A stretch of 64,000 bases of DNA. Source: Moniliella sp. 'wahieum'. Lineage: Eukaryota. Of this stretch, positions 38,765-52,800 are shown piece by piece. Within the stretch, counting starts at the first letter, position 1; every line of letters starts with the position of its first letter. Location: assembly GCA_003971905.1 (NCBI GenBank), contig RSEE01000069.1, positions 310,001-374,000 of the forward strand, read 5' to 3'. The position numbers were made by a program, and so were the translations under genes. The notes under the pieces are model-generated. The model did not search any database. It was given only the letters and a program-made list of their open reading frames with translations, and had not been told where the DNA came from.

Positions 38765-41220
38765 TCAGATTTCATACAAGACGCGGGACTCGCTCTGGGA
38801 GCCGTCTTCGAAGACATGGTGGGTCGAGATCCGCTCTCCCACCGCTCAAAGTGGAAGACACGAGCGCGGCGGAGGAAACCAGGAGACCCATAGCCAGCCA
38901 AAGACGCTCCCCCCGAGAAGCAAATCCACACCCTTCGATCCGCCGACAGTCGGCGTTCAAATGCATGTGTCCATGGGCGAGGATCTGAACGTCTCTTTCG
39001 TCCCCAACTTCTCTCTCGCTTCGGGTTGCGGCAGGCGCGTTAGGCACATCAGGGGCATTGGGAACGTTGGGCTTGGGTGTGTCGGGCGTTGGACGGACGG
39101 GGGCGCTTTGCTTTCGAAGGTCAAAGAATCGCGCGGGCTTGCGCGCCTTCCATCCCCGCCGTCTCCCGCCGTTCTCCAAACACCATCCCGTTCCCTCAGC
39201 ATCGAGATCCAGGGTCCGTTGAACGCCTCTGGGACTGGAATGTGCTGGAACAGATGGCGGGTGGCTTGCGCAGTTGCGCCGACCGCGCACGTGCTGGCGC
39301 TGGCGTCTCAGCCGGCCAGAGGGGAGGAAGGTCGATACCCGTATCGGGCTCGTACGGGCGCCGGATGGGCTGAACCGAGCGAGAGAGATGGTCAAACCAT
39401 TGAATTTGAGACGGATGAATATACCCAAATGACTTGATACCTCCCGGTGTCTCGGGAGGCACGCTCCCCATCCACGGGCATCCACGCCGCAGGTTTGTCC
39501 TCTTGGTGGGCACGTGCGCCCCCGTATCCATGAAGTACAGGGAAGCAAGGTGGGTGCGATCGGGACGAGGCGAGTAGAGGAAGAGGTAAAAGTTGGCACT
39601 GCCAAAGAGCGGCGTACCATCGTCCAAGGCGGGAGGGCCGGCAAAAGTCTTGCTATACGGTAGTGGCGGTACAGTGATTGGAGTTCGGCGCGGGTCAGGA
39701 AACCCGACTGCGAATCATGGTTTCCGCCAATGACAGTCCAGAGAGTTTGTGCTTGATGAGCGGGCGGAGGATGCGCATGACGGTGTGCTGCGTTCGTCCC
39801 AGGAGGTGGTTTGGCCATTGAGTTGATCACCCGAGAGAACAACAAGGTCCGGTTGTTCCTTCTCGAGCCATTGGGTCACTCGCACTCGGTCTCTTCTTCC
39901 CCAATGCACGTGCCGTTCATCCAGGGCCGCGTGGGATCCGCATCGCGGCAAGGGTGCCGCGAGGACTGTAGTGTAGATCGGCCAATTGGAGCACCTTAAA
40001 CGTCCCATCTGGGCGGAACGTCAATGGCGTAGGTACCTGGGGCGGGGTCTCGGGTTCTCGACGAACGGCTAAACGGGATCCCACCGTGTGGCTTGTGGGT
40101 TTCAGGGAGGATGGGGTTGTCAATGAAGGAGAATCCGGGCAGGGGTTCGTTCTCGCCATACTATCACGTTCATCGTCAGCATCCATAGTGAAGAGTCACG
40201 AGAAGGAAGAATCAATCCCAGGGGTTGGAAAGTGTGAGGGAACGTACAATAACGTCGAGCTCCGTGATGCTCGGAAGCTGTGTTTCGTTTGCTGGGCCCG
40301 ATGTGTCCAGACGATAGTAGAGGTGAGCGGGCCCCTGCTTGTTTCCCGAAGCAGTCTTGACGCCAGCCATCCAACGCGAGCGTAGATCCAGCTTGATGCG
40401 CATCCACCCAACTCCCTGCGGCTTGGGATCGCCACGCTGGACCAAGCGCAGATCAACGATGCGCTGGGGTGACATGCCTTCGGGCCTTGGCACGGCGGGG
40501 TAGAGTAAGATCCATTTTTGCTCAATGGCGCCAGTCAGCTGGTCGAGACCCCCACCGCCTACGCCATAGGATGAGAATGGGAAGAGCCCTCCCAACGCAC
40601 CCATAAGGGAGAACTCTTCGGGAGCAGTATAGGCAGCAGGGTCGGAGGCAGATGCCTTGTTCACCCGCCCCCGGCTTTCGGCGAGGAGCGAGTCGGCAAA
40701 GCGTTCCACGCGCACCCAGGCCCAAACAGACCATTGGGATTGTCGTCGCGGGCAGGTGGCGTACAGGGAAGGCCAAGGTAACACACCTGCACATCCAAAT
40801 CGACCAGGGAGCCTTATTAGGCAAGAGGGGCAGATAGCGGTGGGGGGGAACGCGGGGGCAGCGGGAAGGGGCTGGGAGGCACCAGGGGCTGGGCTCCAGT
40901 GCTCATGTCGATGTCGGCAGCGGCGGGCGCGGCGGGCGCGGCGGGCGCGGGGAGGCGAACTTGGTGCAAGTTTTGCCAGCCGAGATCCAGCACAGCGCGC
41001 GGACGGGACTCACGCCAGTTGGACCAGGTGGTGAGGAGGGCGAGGACGAGGCCGACGTACATGGCTAGGGCAGTGCAGAGCCTGGCCAGGGGGCGGCGCG
41101 GGCGCGGGGGGGCGTGGCGGGGGACCCAAGGCCAGTGCCGGCAGATGGGCCGCCGTGGGCGCCGGAACCATTCTCCACGTCGGCGCCGTGGACGCGCAGC
41201 TCGCGCAAGCGGATGGCCAT
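38765..41220 (-). CDS. DCR2: Dcr2-type calcineurin-like metallophosphoesterase with N-terminal TM anchor; many indels
   Basis: TM segment LAMYVGLVLALLT; FRPDGTFKVLQLADLHYS, PDLVVLSGDQLNG, GGNHD, LYFMDTG, HGHMHLNADCR, WICFSGGASLAGYG, RRARVF. Start codon is inferred. Confidence 0.82.
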
Positions 41221-41669
41221 GGCGGACCCAATGATGGCCTGGTGGCGTCTGCCCGCCGGCGGCGGGGCGGGGCTGGGCTGATGGCATGCTGGCCAGGCAC
41301 GTGCCAGCGCTTGAACAGTTCAACCTCCGTGCTGCCTGGGTCCATTGGTGCCATGGATGATCGATGGCGCGTGACGCGTGACGCGTTAAGGCGAAGGCGA
41401 CGCTCGCAGACAGTGACCCAGTGCCTGGACTGTATATGTCGTGTGCTGCTCCTGGAAACTTATATAGCTACTACAATCGCCAGCGCCGTGGCCCAGAATC
41501 ACCACTCGCAGAGCGCGTCTTCCACCACCGCCAGCTTCCTGTTCCTTTCCAGCCTACTATGATGTACGTTGTGTCCTTCGGTCGACCGCATTTTCCAGCT
41601 CATACATGTCCTCGAACCCGTCCATCTCCGCTCCAAGATGTCACAGATTCCAAGCCCTGCATGGTCCCA

Positions 41670-43200
41670 AGGCGATGGTCCAGGTCCTCAGGGACGGGTT
41701 CATTGTGAAGAATCACATAAGGGACGATGGGATCCATGTACCTTGGAGAACCTGTTCACCTGCTCGGTATTACCGTGCCTATCGTTCCCGTCTTGTGGCA
41801 ACACGACGCCGACAGCGACTCATGGCATGTGATCGGGATCGACCTGGCTCAGGACGAAGAGACGGCCAAACTGTGCTGAAGTTCACAGGCAAGAAGATAG
41901 GACCCCTTAAGCTTTTACAGGTGGACATGACCACAAGTTGCGCCTCTACGACGACTATACCATCAGTAAATCTTCCTGCTGTTTTTCGCTACGAGAAGTT
42001 TTTTCTTGACCGATTTACTGACTTGCATCCTTGGTTATACGACACAACAGGGACGTGGGACGGTGAGGAAGTGGAGAAGGGCGTCAACCCCTCCGAGCCA
42101 AATCCCAGGGCCGAGACATGTTCCATCTCCAGCTTTCTAAGCTCTCTAACAGCCTGCTTCTGGGCAACATATGCACATGACACGGGTCGGGTCCAGATGG
42201 GCAAAGAATCTTCTTGTTTGCATCAGAAACAGCAAAGTCTCTCCTTCCGTTGTGCGACGAGCAGCTGGTCAACCCGCTTGAGTGCGTATCACTACTACCT
42301 AATCCAAGTTGCTTTCAGTGAGATGCCACCGTGATTCCGGTAGGGAAAGGCAGCATACTAAAGCTTTTTTCGAACATACACAGGCAGTGTCAGGAGGAGC
42401 TCATCCCTGTGTCCATGATTCGACTACCGAAGAAGGATGGATCCTTTTATACAGCCCGTGCTGCGGATCATCAAGGGCGACAAAACGTAGACTCCAACAA
42501 CGAGATGGCTTCAACAGTTATGGGCATGACTGCTCACGTGTGCTGTCTCGTTTTGCAACTGCGGACGGCAATGGGGTACAAATACATTGGCGGATAACGT
42601 GACTGACTGTTTGGTGCGTAAACGAGGCTCTAGTACTGTGTTGAGTGTGTATCAAGGCAACTGATTAACTGGCGAAGACATAAGACAGAAGGGAATCTAC
42701 GTTCAAGCGTCTAAGCTAGGCACGAAATCAATCACGAGTTCGATATGGTCGTGTAGAACAACGGTCGGGTCGACGACCGAACAAGTCAGAGGAGTGAATG
42801 ACAAGTATTTGAGGGACGCATCCTTTCTCTTGTTTAAGTACCGCAAGAGAGTCTGAAGCACTCGGCAGGGGCAAGTAATCGCAAGAAACGTAAGAGGCCA
42901 CTCCCCGATTCGTCTCCGGGTCCGGGAGATACTGGAATGAGTTCAAGAAAGACGGAATGGGACGTCGGCGGTGCAGCGCTACTACATTAGTGCTTTTAAC
43001 CACTCTGTCAACTCTGTCTCTCCCCACATCGACATCCTGCGACTTGCTGACTTGGCTTTGTCCAGGACTGGGCGGTCGAGAACGATAATGTCACATCGAC
43101 GGACGACATTGTGCGGGTAGTACAGTCACAGCAATGAACGTGTAGAAGATTCTAGATGGGCTACGATTGATGTTATGATAAGTTGCACCCAGCACTGATG
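41670..43200 (+). mobile_element. Degenerate Mutator-like (MULE) transposase relic
   Basis: FLYWCH-like start (LRDGF...PWRTC), then HDTG..GQRIFLFASE..KSLL and FQ*DAT...KLFSNIH...LIPVSMIRLPKKDGSFY, resembling the MULE DGTF..QLYTIH..PLVYALLP.K..Y block. In-frame stops present; 3' extent uncertain. Confidence 0.68.
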
Positions 43201-43839
43201 TATACTCTTCATCATCACTCATCAAATATTTTAGACGGCTCTTCGTGTGAAAACAGAGGTACGAACATTGGATCAGTTACTTCTGGCTGGGAAACCACAA
43301 GTTCGATTCCTGGACAAGACCTTCCTGTCACCGAATGACTAGCTCGCTCCAATTTCCAATTCCGCATCCTGTGTCTCTCGCTCTTCTTCCCTTTGCTTCT
43401 GTTCTCTGCCTGATGCCTTCTGCCTCCCACGAACGATCTTGCCTTTCCCCCGCCTCTGACAGGACCTTGGTCTCCCTCGTTTAGCCCCGACTGTTACACT
43501 TCCTTTTTAACATCGATCGAGGCTGGCCGCTATTCACACTGTCGCGAGATATAGGGTGGCGGGCAAGATTGCGACTAGAATGACGGACAAGGTCTATTAC
43601 TAGAATGGCGGGCAAGGTTGCGACGAGCTTTATATGCCACAATCTGGCAAGGACCTCACTGAGCAGCCTGGCCACAATCTGGTACAGCAGGTTGTGGCTA
43701 GCAGTGCTGGCGAGGCCCGCAAGGCCCGATAGGTTGTGGGCCAGAAATTTCGATTATAGCTATGTAGAGACCCGCAAGACAGCCTCTGCTACACGCCTCA
43801 ACTTGTTCCCCCTGGCGCTTGGGTTTGGATCAGGGGGAA

Positions 43840-46800
43840 AACCAGTTCTACTACTATTGACCAACCACATTGCCACGATCGTCGCCTCTTATGACTTGTA
43901 CATCGTGACATTACTGCTCACCTACCGAAGGGATTTTGGATCGCATCAGGTCCATTTCTCCGCCTAGGGGAAGCAGATGACGGAGGGTTTGTTGCAAGCA
44001 TCCACAGTGTAAAAGGAACGACCGATGCGGGAACGGGAGGCCATTTAGGCGAGTGGATTGATCCGCGCTCTTGGCCCGCAGAACGTCACTCGGACGATTC
44101 CAGCTCCAATGAAGAAGCCCACGGTCTTGGCACGTTGCGCTTGCACATCTTACACGCTGTGCTTTAAGTCGAAACGTAACACAGTGGAACTTTTCTTTTC
44201 ACCGGGCTCTTCGCCTCGGTCGCCTTCTGTACGAGATGTCCAGCCGACGCACAATCTGCCGCTCCCTCTTTTGGACTTGATTCCCACCTGAGAGAAGAGG
44301 GGAGAGGGTACTTAATATGCAGCAGTAGGATATTGGCCCCAGACGAGACGGAGCCTGGAAGCACATGACTTCGCAGCTTCCACAGTATTGTTGGGGACTG
44401 GCCAAGTGCGTAACGATTCCGTACCACCAACATCTCCCACATACATGAAAAGCGGACACTGGCTTGATTCACGTCCTTGCCCTAGTGTTCAGATATCCTT
44501 GTTGATAATCTCTGTCCGCATACCCGTGCCTGTACGCTCCGGCCTGCACAAGCGCGTTAGTCAGTACATCATACCAGAGGAAGTGCGGGTGGGGGTCGTC
44601 ATCAGATATGTAAAACCGATAGAGGAAATCGCGACCCAGGTGTTGAGTCGGGCCGTGCAGATGGTCGTTTTCGGCGTTAGGAGGATCACATGCAAGAAAG
44701 ACGGCCATTGCTAGCCATCGGCGCTCTTTGGCCGTAGGTAGGAGGGATCGGGCTCTCAGGTGTATGGTGCTTTGCTACTATTCGCCACCAGCTCCAGTGG
44801 TACCGTCCATTTGGCGCCCGTGCGACCCTCTCCCACAGCTCGTATGTCGGTAGCGCACTTGGCAGAGTCAATGCCGATATCAGAATTCTAGCTGACGCGT
44901 TGGATATGGGGGGGGCTACTGGAGATGTCGTCTTTTGCTCGAGTGCAGAGGAGGCGCACACTGCCATTCTCTTCAGAGGGATACAACGAGGGGGATGAAG
45001 AGGCCGCACGTCCTGCGGACCTGTTCTACGCGCCCGTCCCGCGCAACAGAGCAGCATCGAGCAGCACCTGCTCTTCGCCAGCCGTAGAGACCTTCCCTGC
45101 CGGCGGATCCGCAGGGGGCGTGAATTGTGCCCTGCCTTTCCCAGCACTCTCTGCATTGGCGCCTTAAACAGCGGACTGAGCGCGCGCATATTGCCTCTGG
45201 AGCTGCGTCCAGCTAATGTGAAACGTCAGGAGCTTGGTTTGCAGCAGAAGTGTAAAACACGTACAGGCATCACCCCTGTCAAAGTTACGGTACCCCCTGG
45301 GTGGGCCCCCTTCAGGTTGGTTTGTATTTCGCCACGCAGCGTGTCGACCTCGCTAACCCAGCCGCACTCTTGATGGTAATTCGGGTGTTGAATGAACAAG
45401 GATGGGGAGCGAGAAGCGGAGGAAAGGAGTGTGCGCCCCGCGACGCATCCGGCTTGGTGCGTAGCGAGAGGAAAGGACAGGAGGTGCCGCAGGTCCCCAC
45501 GTGTTGGCTGGTGGCGAAGAAGCAGAAGCCGCACAGACGCGACGAGATCAAATCGGGCGCGGTGCCAGGCTTAGGCGGCGCGGCCGCACCCAGTGTGGAT
45601 GAATATATGAATTGCGACTGCTTTGGCGCGCCAAGCCAGACGGTTACCCGTCAACCCCGACGGGGACCCTCAACCGGTTGGCCATGGCAACCCCGCCGCC
45701 ATGAGCCACGCGCGGATGCGAGCGGACAGCCGCTCTTTCGGGGCGGCGTGGCGGGTGCGGTCGACTGCGGTTGCTCGCCGGGCTGCTCGGTTTGCGGGGC
45801 GCCGCCTTCTTGCGCGGTTGGCGCAGCCGGGGCAAGTGCGAAGCGTGCCTTGCCTTCGCCAATGGTGCTGCCTATGGCCAAAGCGCGCAGTGGAGGAACC
45901 CTCTCCTTGGGCGCCTTGCACGACTGCTGGGGACATTGATGTGACAACGGCGGCACGAGTGTGGGCGCTCCGAGTGCGTCTGGCCAATACGAAATGTCAG
46001 CAACTTGGGCCCCCACAGAAGGATATGAACCACGTACAGGTATCCCCACCAACAAAGGTGGCGCGCTGGGCCCATCTTGAGCCAGAGGCGGCCCCCCGCG
46101 GTGAAGCACATCCCGAAGGACAATCAGTAGCGGCACAACTTTTCATCCTGTTGGCCCCACACCCCCATATCTGACCCACATTCCTCGGGCTTGGGCGAGG
46201 CTATCTGCAGATGCGCAGCCCCTGCTTCATGCACGACATCGCGGCAGAAGCTGGCAATGACTCGACCTACGCCTTTATCTTGCACCTCAAGTCCTTGCAG
46301 CGCTTGTCCGTTGTTTTCATCTGCAGCGCCCCCCGGTCAACGTTGGGACGGGCCATGGCAAACCGGCCTCGCCACCATCCGAGGTTGTCGTTGCCTAGCG
46401 GGGTGTTTAATCTGGTGCGGGGAATGCCTCTGCAGAGAGAGGGGGTGATCATTTGCTTATTCCATCGGCTATTCTCCATCGAGCGTATTCGCACCTTTTT
46501 AGCACATTGGTCAGCACATTACAGCACAGCAAGACTTGGGTGGTTTCGTACATGATGAATGAATAGTGGGTACATCGTGCATGACAGTGTGAAAAAGCAT
46601 TTGCACGCCTAGCACCTGGGCGTGATAGTAAGGCAGGAGGGAAGGCGGGGGCGAGATAAGCGTGTCGGATGTAAACGCAAAAGAAACGGACTGACGAGAT
46701 GCCACGCCGCGTCACGGTGTGCCTTGATGGCAGCGTCAATCCTTTTTCGGTCGCACCACCAACCACGTGAGACAGGAGCGATATGAGCCCAGTCTCATCA

Positions 46801-49800
46801 GGGGTACGAGCGGTCCCACTGCAATGGAAGGCGTCATATCCAACCCCACCTTACCAGTAGCTGCGGATAGAACCAACCGGAATGCCGCCACTGATGGCAC
46901 CCGAAAGCCTAAGCCACCCATACAGGCTGGCAATGTGGAATGAGCTCTGTCCCACTTGTGAACGTTTGCATCATTCGGACGCGCCACCCTGATTGCCTTT
47001 ACCTCAAAGCAGAGCTGCTTGCCAATCTGGTTGACGCGGACCGCCAGATCCTCCGTCCTCATTGAACGAAGCGGATGCCGAAGTTTGGCTGCAGAGCGAC
47101 CTGCAACAAAGCAGGCGGTCCTGCAGCGGCAACCCGTGCAAGGAGGTACAAAGCCGCCTGGGCCGCAACCCCACCGTCGTGTCCTGAGGACGCAGCGTAC
47201 GAACTGCCCGCCCTAGCATGCCTGTTTTGACCTGGAGGTGCGCACAGGCGAAACAATCAGAATGCTGACGCTCTGAAGAGTCCTTCCGCATAGCTGGAGG
47301 TCAGGTCACCTCCGGGTCCGCCCTGAGGGAGGCGCAAACATCGAGCGAGGAGCCTCCCTGCAAGCCCGCCTTCGGGAAGAGCAAGCAGGTTGAACACATC
47401 GTGATCGTCGAGATGATCTAGGTAGGCAATTCCTAAGCGACCTGGGGCGTGTTTGAATCGAAGCGGCACCATCGTGCTGCCCGGCAGCGAGGGCACAGTG
47501 CACTCCACCGCTTGAATGATCTGCATTTCGGCCGCCGCTAGATTGGGCTGAGACCGCCGACACCGACTGGATGGCATAGCGCGTGCGCGCATGAGCTGTT
47601 GGTGCTACGTTCGTTCCCACCGGGCTTGTTCAGCGCCTCACGGAAGGGACCACATGATTTGCCACGACTTCCAGGCGGCGGGCAAGGCGGAGGAGAAGGT
47701 GGTGGTGGAAAGAGAAGGAACAAGTTCAACTTGACTGCGCCAGGGGGGGTTAGCCGCTTGTTGGGCTCACCCGTCACCGGTCACCCGTCACCGCGTCACT
47801 GCATCATTTCAATCGTGCAACTATCATCGATCATCGATCATCGGGCGACGGAAAGCGCCTCCAACGCCCAGACGAACCTCTTGCCGCCGCCAGCTGCCCC
47901 TCCCGCCTTGCTCCCGACCCACACTCTGCCCCGCGGCCAGATCGACATCCCACTATGCACCATCGCCTCGTTCCCCTCGCTCTTGGCGTAGATGAGAGGA
48001 ACAACAGTCAGGTAGGGGCGGTTCACATGCATTCCATGCCGACCGGCTGTTTGGGAGGATGAACGTACGAAGAAAACCGCAGGGAGCCCGTGAGTGCGGT
48101 CCCTCACATCGCAAGTCAGAGTCGACCATCACGCAAACACGCCTCTCAAGCAAGGACGACAGACACAGGGCTTCATCCAGCCCACCAGGTCTAGGGCGCG
48201 CCGGGACCACCACACTGGTTGGCTACTTTCGGCCCAGCTTTGGCAATGGCGGCGGGACGGGAACAGGGGTCTGGACGGACCTCACCATTTTCAGGTACCG
48301 ACACGTTCTTACAGGCGTCCTGATGGCGAGGTTGATGGCTCGAGCCACCTCCTTACCCCAAATGACAGAGCAAAACGAGGCCAGCACACCAATTTGACTG
48401 GACTCACTGCCATACTACTCGAGGAGCAAGTAACCAAGAGTGCCTTGGACACATTGGTCAAAGTAGCGAGTCCAGAACATTGTGCGGATTCTTGCCCGTC
48501 TTGCATTCTTGGGCTGCCAAAGCACCCGGAATGCCTAGTCCGGCTCCTAAGCTGTGGTTTGCAACATGATTAGCAGGGAAACCAAGCAAAAGCCCCTTGA
48601 TCCATGCCTTACCGGGGTGGTGCGTTTGGATCAGGTTATCCTTAACCTTAGCTCGCACAGCGGAAATGTAACCACAGGCGCACTTACCCGCAGGGAAGAC
48701 CAAGGGAACAGAGCGAGTAGGCACCTGTTGCACAAGGATTGTATATTGGCGCTTTGCTTTGGCCTCCGTGTCGAACAAGGTGTTCACTCCTTACACAGCG
48801 CGTGTGCCTGAGGGACGGCGGCGAGCGGATGGCAAACACGACGTAGAATAGGCGTCGCGCGTCTTGTCTCTGAAGGACGAAGGGGGTAGGCCGTTGGATA
48901 TGGATGGGCCCTTTGGAGCAACTGTGCGTTTGCCATCGCGATTCCAGTGGGGCGACAGTGGCGTAGGAGCGCCCGATTCGCTGCGGGTTGTTGATGGCTC
49001 GGGCTCTACTATCGTGGCCGGAATGTCCCGCAACCCAGTCATGCCCCGTGGCCAGGAAATGTGAACGCTGGATTTGAGGGCACCACCGACCTCCAGCTGG
49101 GATCAAGCGCTTCTGCTTTTTCGATCAGCCAGGAGCCGAAGCGATGTAGTCACAGGAGGCAGCAGCTTCGTATGCTGGCGGCGAGCAAAACCGTCGTCTT
49201 TTCCTTGTGTCAGGACGATGAGCGGGCTCGAATCCCTCTGGTTGGCTGCCGATCACCTGGCCCACACACACGTTCACCTTGGTGCCCAGTCGATGCGTTG
49301 GCCTGTAGAGCAAAGCCAAGAGGAGAGAGCAAGAGTGATTTGCCAAAGCGACGGGCATCGGGATGCCAACTTGGTTCTACCATTGACCGACCACATTGCT
49401 CCGATCATCGCCCCGGATGACTTGCCTGGTGCCATTGCTGCTCACCTACCCAGGGGAGTTGGCCCGTGCCAGATCCGTTTCTCCGCCTCGAGCGAAACAG
49501 ATGGCGGAGGGGTTGCTGCAAGCACGAACCGCAAAATAACAACCGGTGGGGCACAGGGAGAGATTTCAGGCAGGGGTAGCGAGAGGTTTGATCCACATTC
49601 TGGACTCGCACGAGCATCAGTCAGGTGATAATATCCCCAATGCAGAAGCCCAGGATCTTGGCACGTTGCGCTTGCACATCTTGTACGCTGTATTTGAAGT
49701 CGATCCACGTTACACATTGGAACTGTTTCCTGCTCGGGCCCTTCGCCGCGATCGCCTTCTGGAATGAAATGCTCAGCTGACGCACAATCTGCCGCACTCT

Positions 49801-52800
49801 CCCTTGGTCTTGATTCCCATCTGGGAGGAGAGTGGGAAGGGCACTCTAATATGCAACAGTAGAATATTCGCCTCAACACGAGACGGAGCCTGGAAGCATA
49901 TCACTTGGCAGCTTCCACAGCGTCATCATGTTAAGGGATGGCCAAGTGTAAAGCGATGTCGGACCGCTAACATTTCCCACGTAAATGAAAAACGGGCACT
50001 GGTTTGACCCATGTTCTTGCCGTAGTGCTCGGACATTCTTGACCATTCATCTCCGTCTGCTTACCCGTGCCTGTACGTTCCGGCCTGCTAAGCGCGTCGA
50101 TCAGTATATCATACCAGAGAAAGTGTGGGTGGGGATCGTCGTCGTACATATAAAAAAAGTAGAAATAATCATGACCCCGGTATTGAATAGGGCCGTGCGG
50201 ATGATCGTTTTTGGCTTTTAGTATGAAAGGCGCTGACGGTCGGCGGCAGCAAGCTTGAGGTGAGAAATACATTCGCCATGTGGAAGGCATTGAGTATCGT
50301 AGAGGTTTTTGCGGTCTGTGAGGGGGGAGTGCGTCTGAGAAGGGCTTGGGCTGCTGCTGGAACCAGGCCAGACTTCGACCCATGGGTGGGGATCAATGCG
50401 GTTTCCATGTTGTAGAACCCCCAGACTCTGGGAAGGGAGGACCTGGCCGGTCGGTCCGGGGCGGCGGAGGCGTGAGGGCCGCGAGTTGGGGAAGGGAGAA
50501 CAAAGGGAGGCGCAATCAGGCAACAGCCCTGGTGCGACTGGCGAGTAAAGAGGCGAGGTGGAGGATTCACTCCGGCACAGCTCGGGTAGGTGGTCGCCAG
50601 TCCACCTGACCAACAAGCGCGCCCAGTGAGGCAGTTACATCCATGATCGGTATCCAATCGAGTGAGGCTCATCAACCCGGTCTCCATCCTCTTCAGGGGT
50701 CCAACGAGGGGATGAAGAGCAGCCGCACGTCCCCCGGACCAGCTCTACCTACGCGCCCGTCCCGTAGCACAGCAGCATCGAGCAGGATCTGCTCTTCGCC
50801 AGCCGTAGCGGCCTGCCCTGCTGGCGCATCCGCAGGGGGCGGGAAGCGTGCCCTGCCTTTGCCAATATCCTGCATTGCCGCCTTGCGCAACTGGCTTGGA
50901 GGACGTGGATGCGACGAGTTAAGGACTTGCTTGAGTGCACGCACAATGCCTTTGAAGTTCCGTCCAGCTAATGGGAAAAGTCAGCAACTACAGGGTTCCA
51001 GCAGAAGGGTGTGGACACGTACAGGCATCACCGCCATCGAAGTTGCGATACTGTAGAGTAGCGGAGTCTACCAGGCAAGGCAAAGGGAATGGGTGTGGTC
51101 CGATACTCAACACTCCTCCTCATCAAGCTTGGCAGCAAACGGTTAAGCCAAAGAAAAAATGCCCAGCTTGATGTTGTGATCAACGAACCGAGGACGCGGG
51201 AGAGCCTTTTTGTGAACCCGTCGGCCAGCATCTCTTGCGTGGGAGCATAAACGAACTTGAGCTCACCAGACCGATGCACCTCGTGCAGACGTTGGAGCTC
51301 AACGTCGTCGAAATGTTTGGTCCGAGCATGCACCGAGTGGTCTTGGATGAACGCCAGTGCCCCCTGGTTGTCACAGTGAATGGCAATCGGGCCCTCCTGA
51401 ATACCAAGATCCTTGACCAGCTGTTTTCAACCACGTGCCCTCCTTCATTGCGACAAATACAGAATGCAACTCGGCTTCCTGGGTACTGAGAGCAACTTTG
51501 GTTTGCTTCTTCGTGTACCATGCCAATGGTCCCCTGGCCAGAATAAACACACCGCCACTCAGGCTCCGACGATCCCAGTTCTCTGCAAGTTAGCGTCACA
51601 CCATCCTTGCAGCCCTCCAGCAGCGGCATCTCGCTTGTAGACAATCTCAGTGTTTGCGCTATGTCCAACATAGGAAGTGAGATTCTTGAGCAAGTCCGAG
51701 CGATGGAGTTGGGCTTCTGCTGGAAACGAGTAATAACGAAGGGCATAGCAAAGATCGGGACGCGTACCAATTGCTTGATAAAGAACCGAGCCGACAGCAG
51801 CGCGATAGTTGATGGAGAACCCTTTTACCTTCTGCTCCTCCTGCTCCTCCTGCTCCTCCTGCTCCTCCTGCTCCTCCAGCTCCTCCAGCTCCTCCTTGAC
51901 CGCCGCCAACGCTTCGTCAGTCCGTTCTTGGGCATGGGTAGCGTGCGTGGCTTTGCGCCTTCCAATCCGAAGCGAGCCGGAAGCATCCTTGAAGCCCCAG
52001 CCTGATCTAGTGAAAAATGCCAATGGCGCGGTCATACTCCACCCTAAAACCCAGAGCCGATCGCACAGGGCCAAGTGAGTTGATGACGACCTTGGGTTCG
52101 AAGCTTGGCCAGAACAGCGGCGGACAAGGACTCCGAAGGACTGCTAATGATGACATCGTCCACCCAAGTGATCCAGTACATGCACCGAGTACCGTCATGC
52201 AACTGGTAGAGACAGGGGTCACTGGGCATCGTCACAAAACCAATAGCAAGGAGGGCATCATAGAGCATCTCGTACCAGGGCGGGCTGCTTGCTTTGTCCC
52301 GTATAAACTCTTGACCAAACGCAACACCTTCCCTGGGGGCACATCTGTTACCCTTCGGGAACCGCAATGGACAATCCTCATTCAGTGTGCTTTGAGTAAA
52401 CGCATTCTCGCATCCCAATGAAGAAGAACCGCACCTGTGAGCACCACTTGCGTGCAGAGAGCCCGCCAAGTTGTCAACCTGCCAACCGGAGCGTACGTGT
52501 CAAAGTAGTCCACCCTTCGACCTGGTTAAAACCGTGGACCACCAGTCGAGCCTTGAACCGAGTCACTTGTCCCGCGGCGTCGCGCTTGACCTTAAACACC
52601 CACTTTGTGCTTAGAGCACGCTGCCCCGTGGCAGCGCTGAGGAGTCCACATCCCATTCTTGGTCTTGAGAGAGCAAGAATAACTTAATCACATTCATATT
52701 CAGCTCCGACTTGGCAACGTCCGTGCGGCCATCGGTGCCTCCTCTTAATACCGTTCATCACAGCATACCAGTAATGAAGATCCTTGGGTTGCTCCCAAGA

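Noticed and set aside
4772..41220. Many frameshifts in LEU1, SSE1, SMD3, SIT4, BEM1, CDC5, YSC84 and DCR2 read as pseudogenisation or programmed frameshifting
   Set aside because: They are mostly 1-bp losses, often in homopolymers, spread over essential genes with intact motifs, which is typical of unpolished long-read consensus error.
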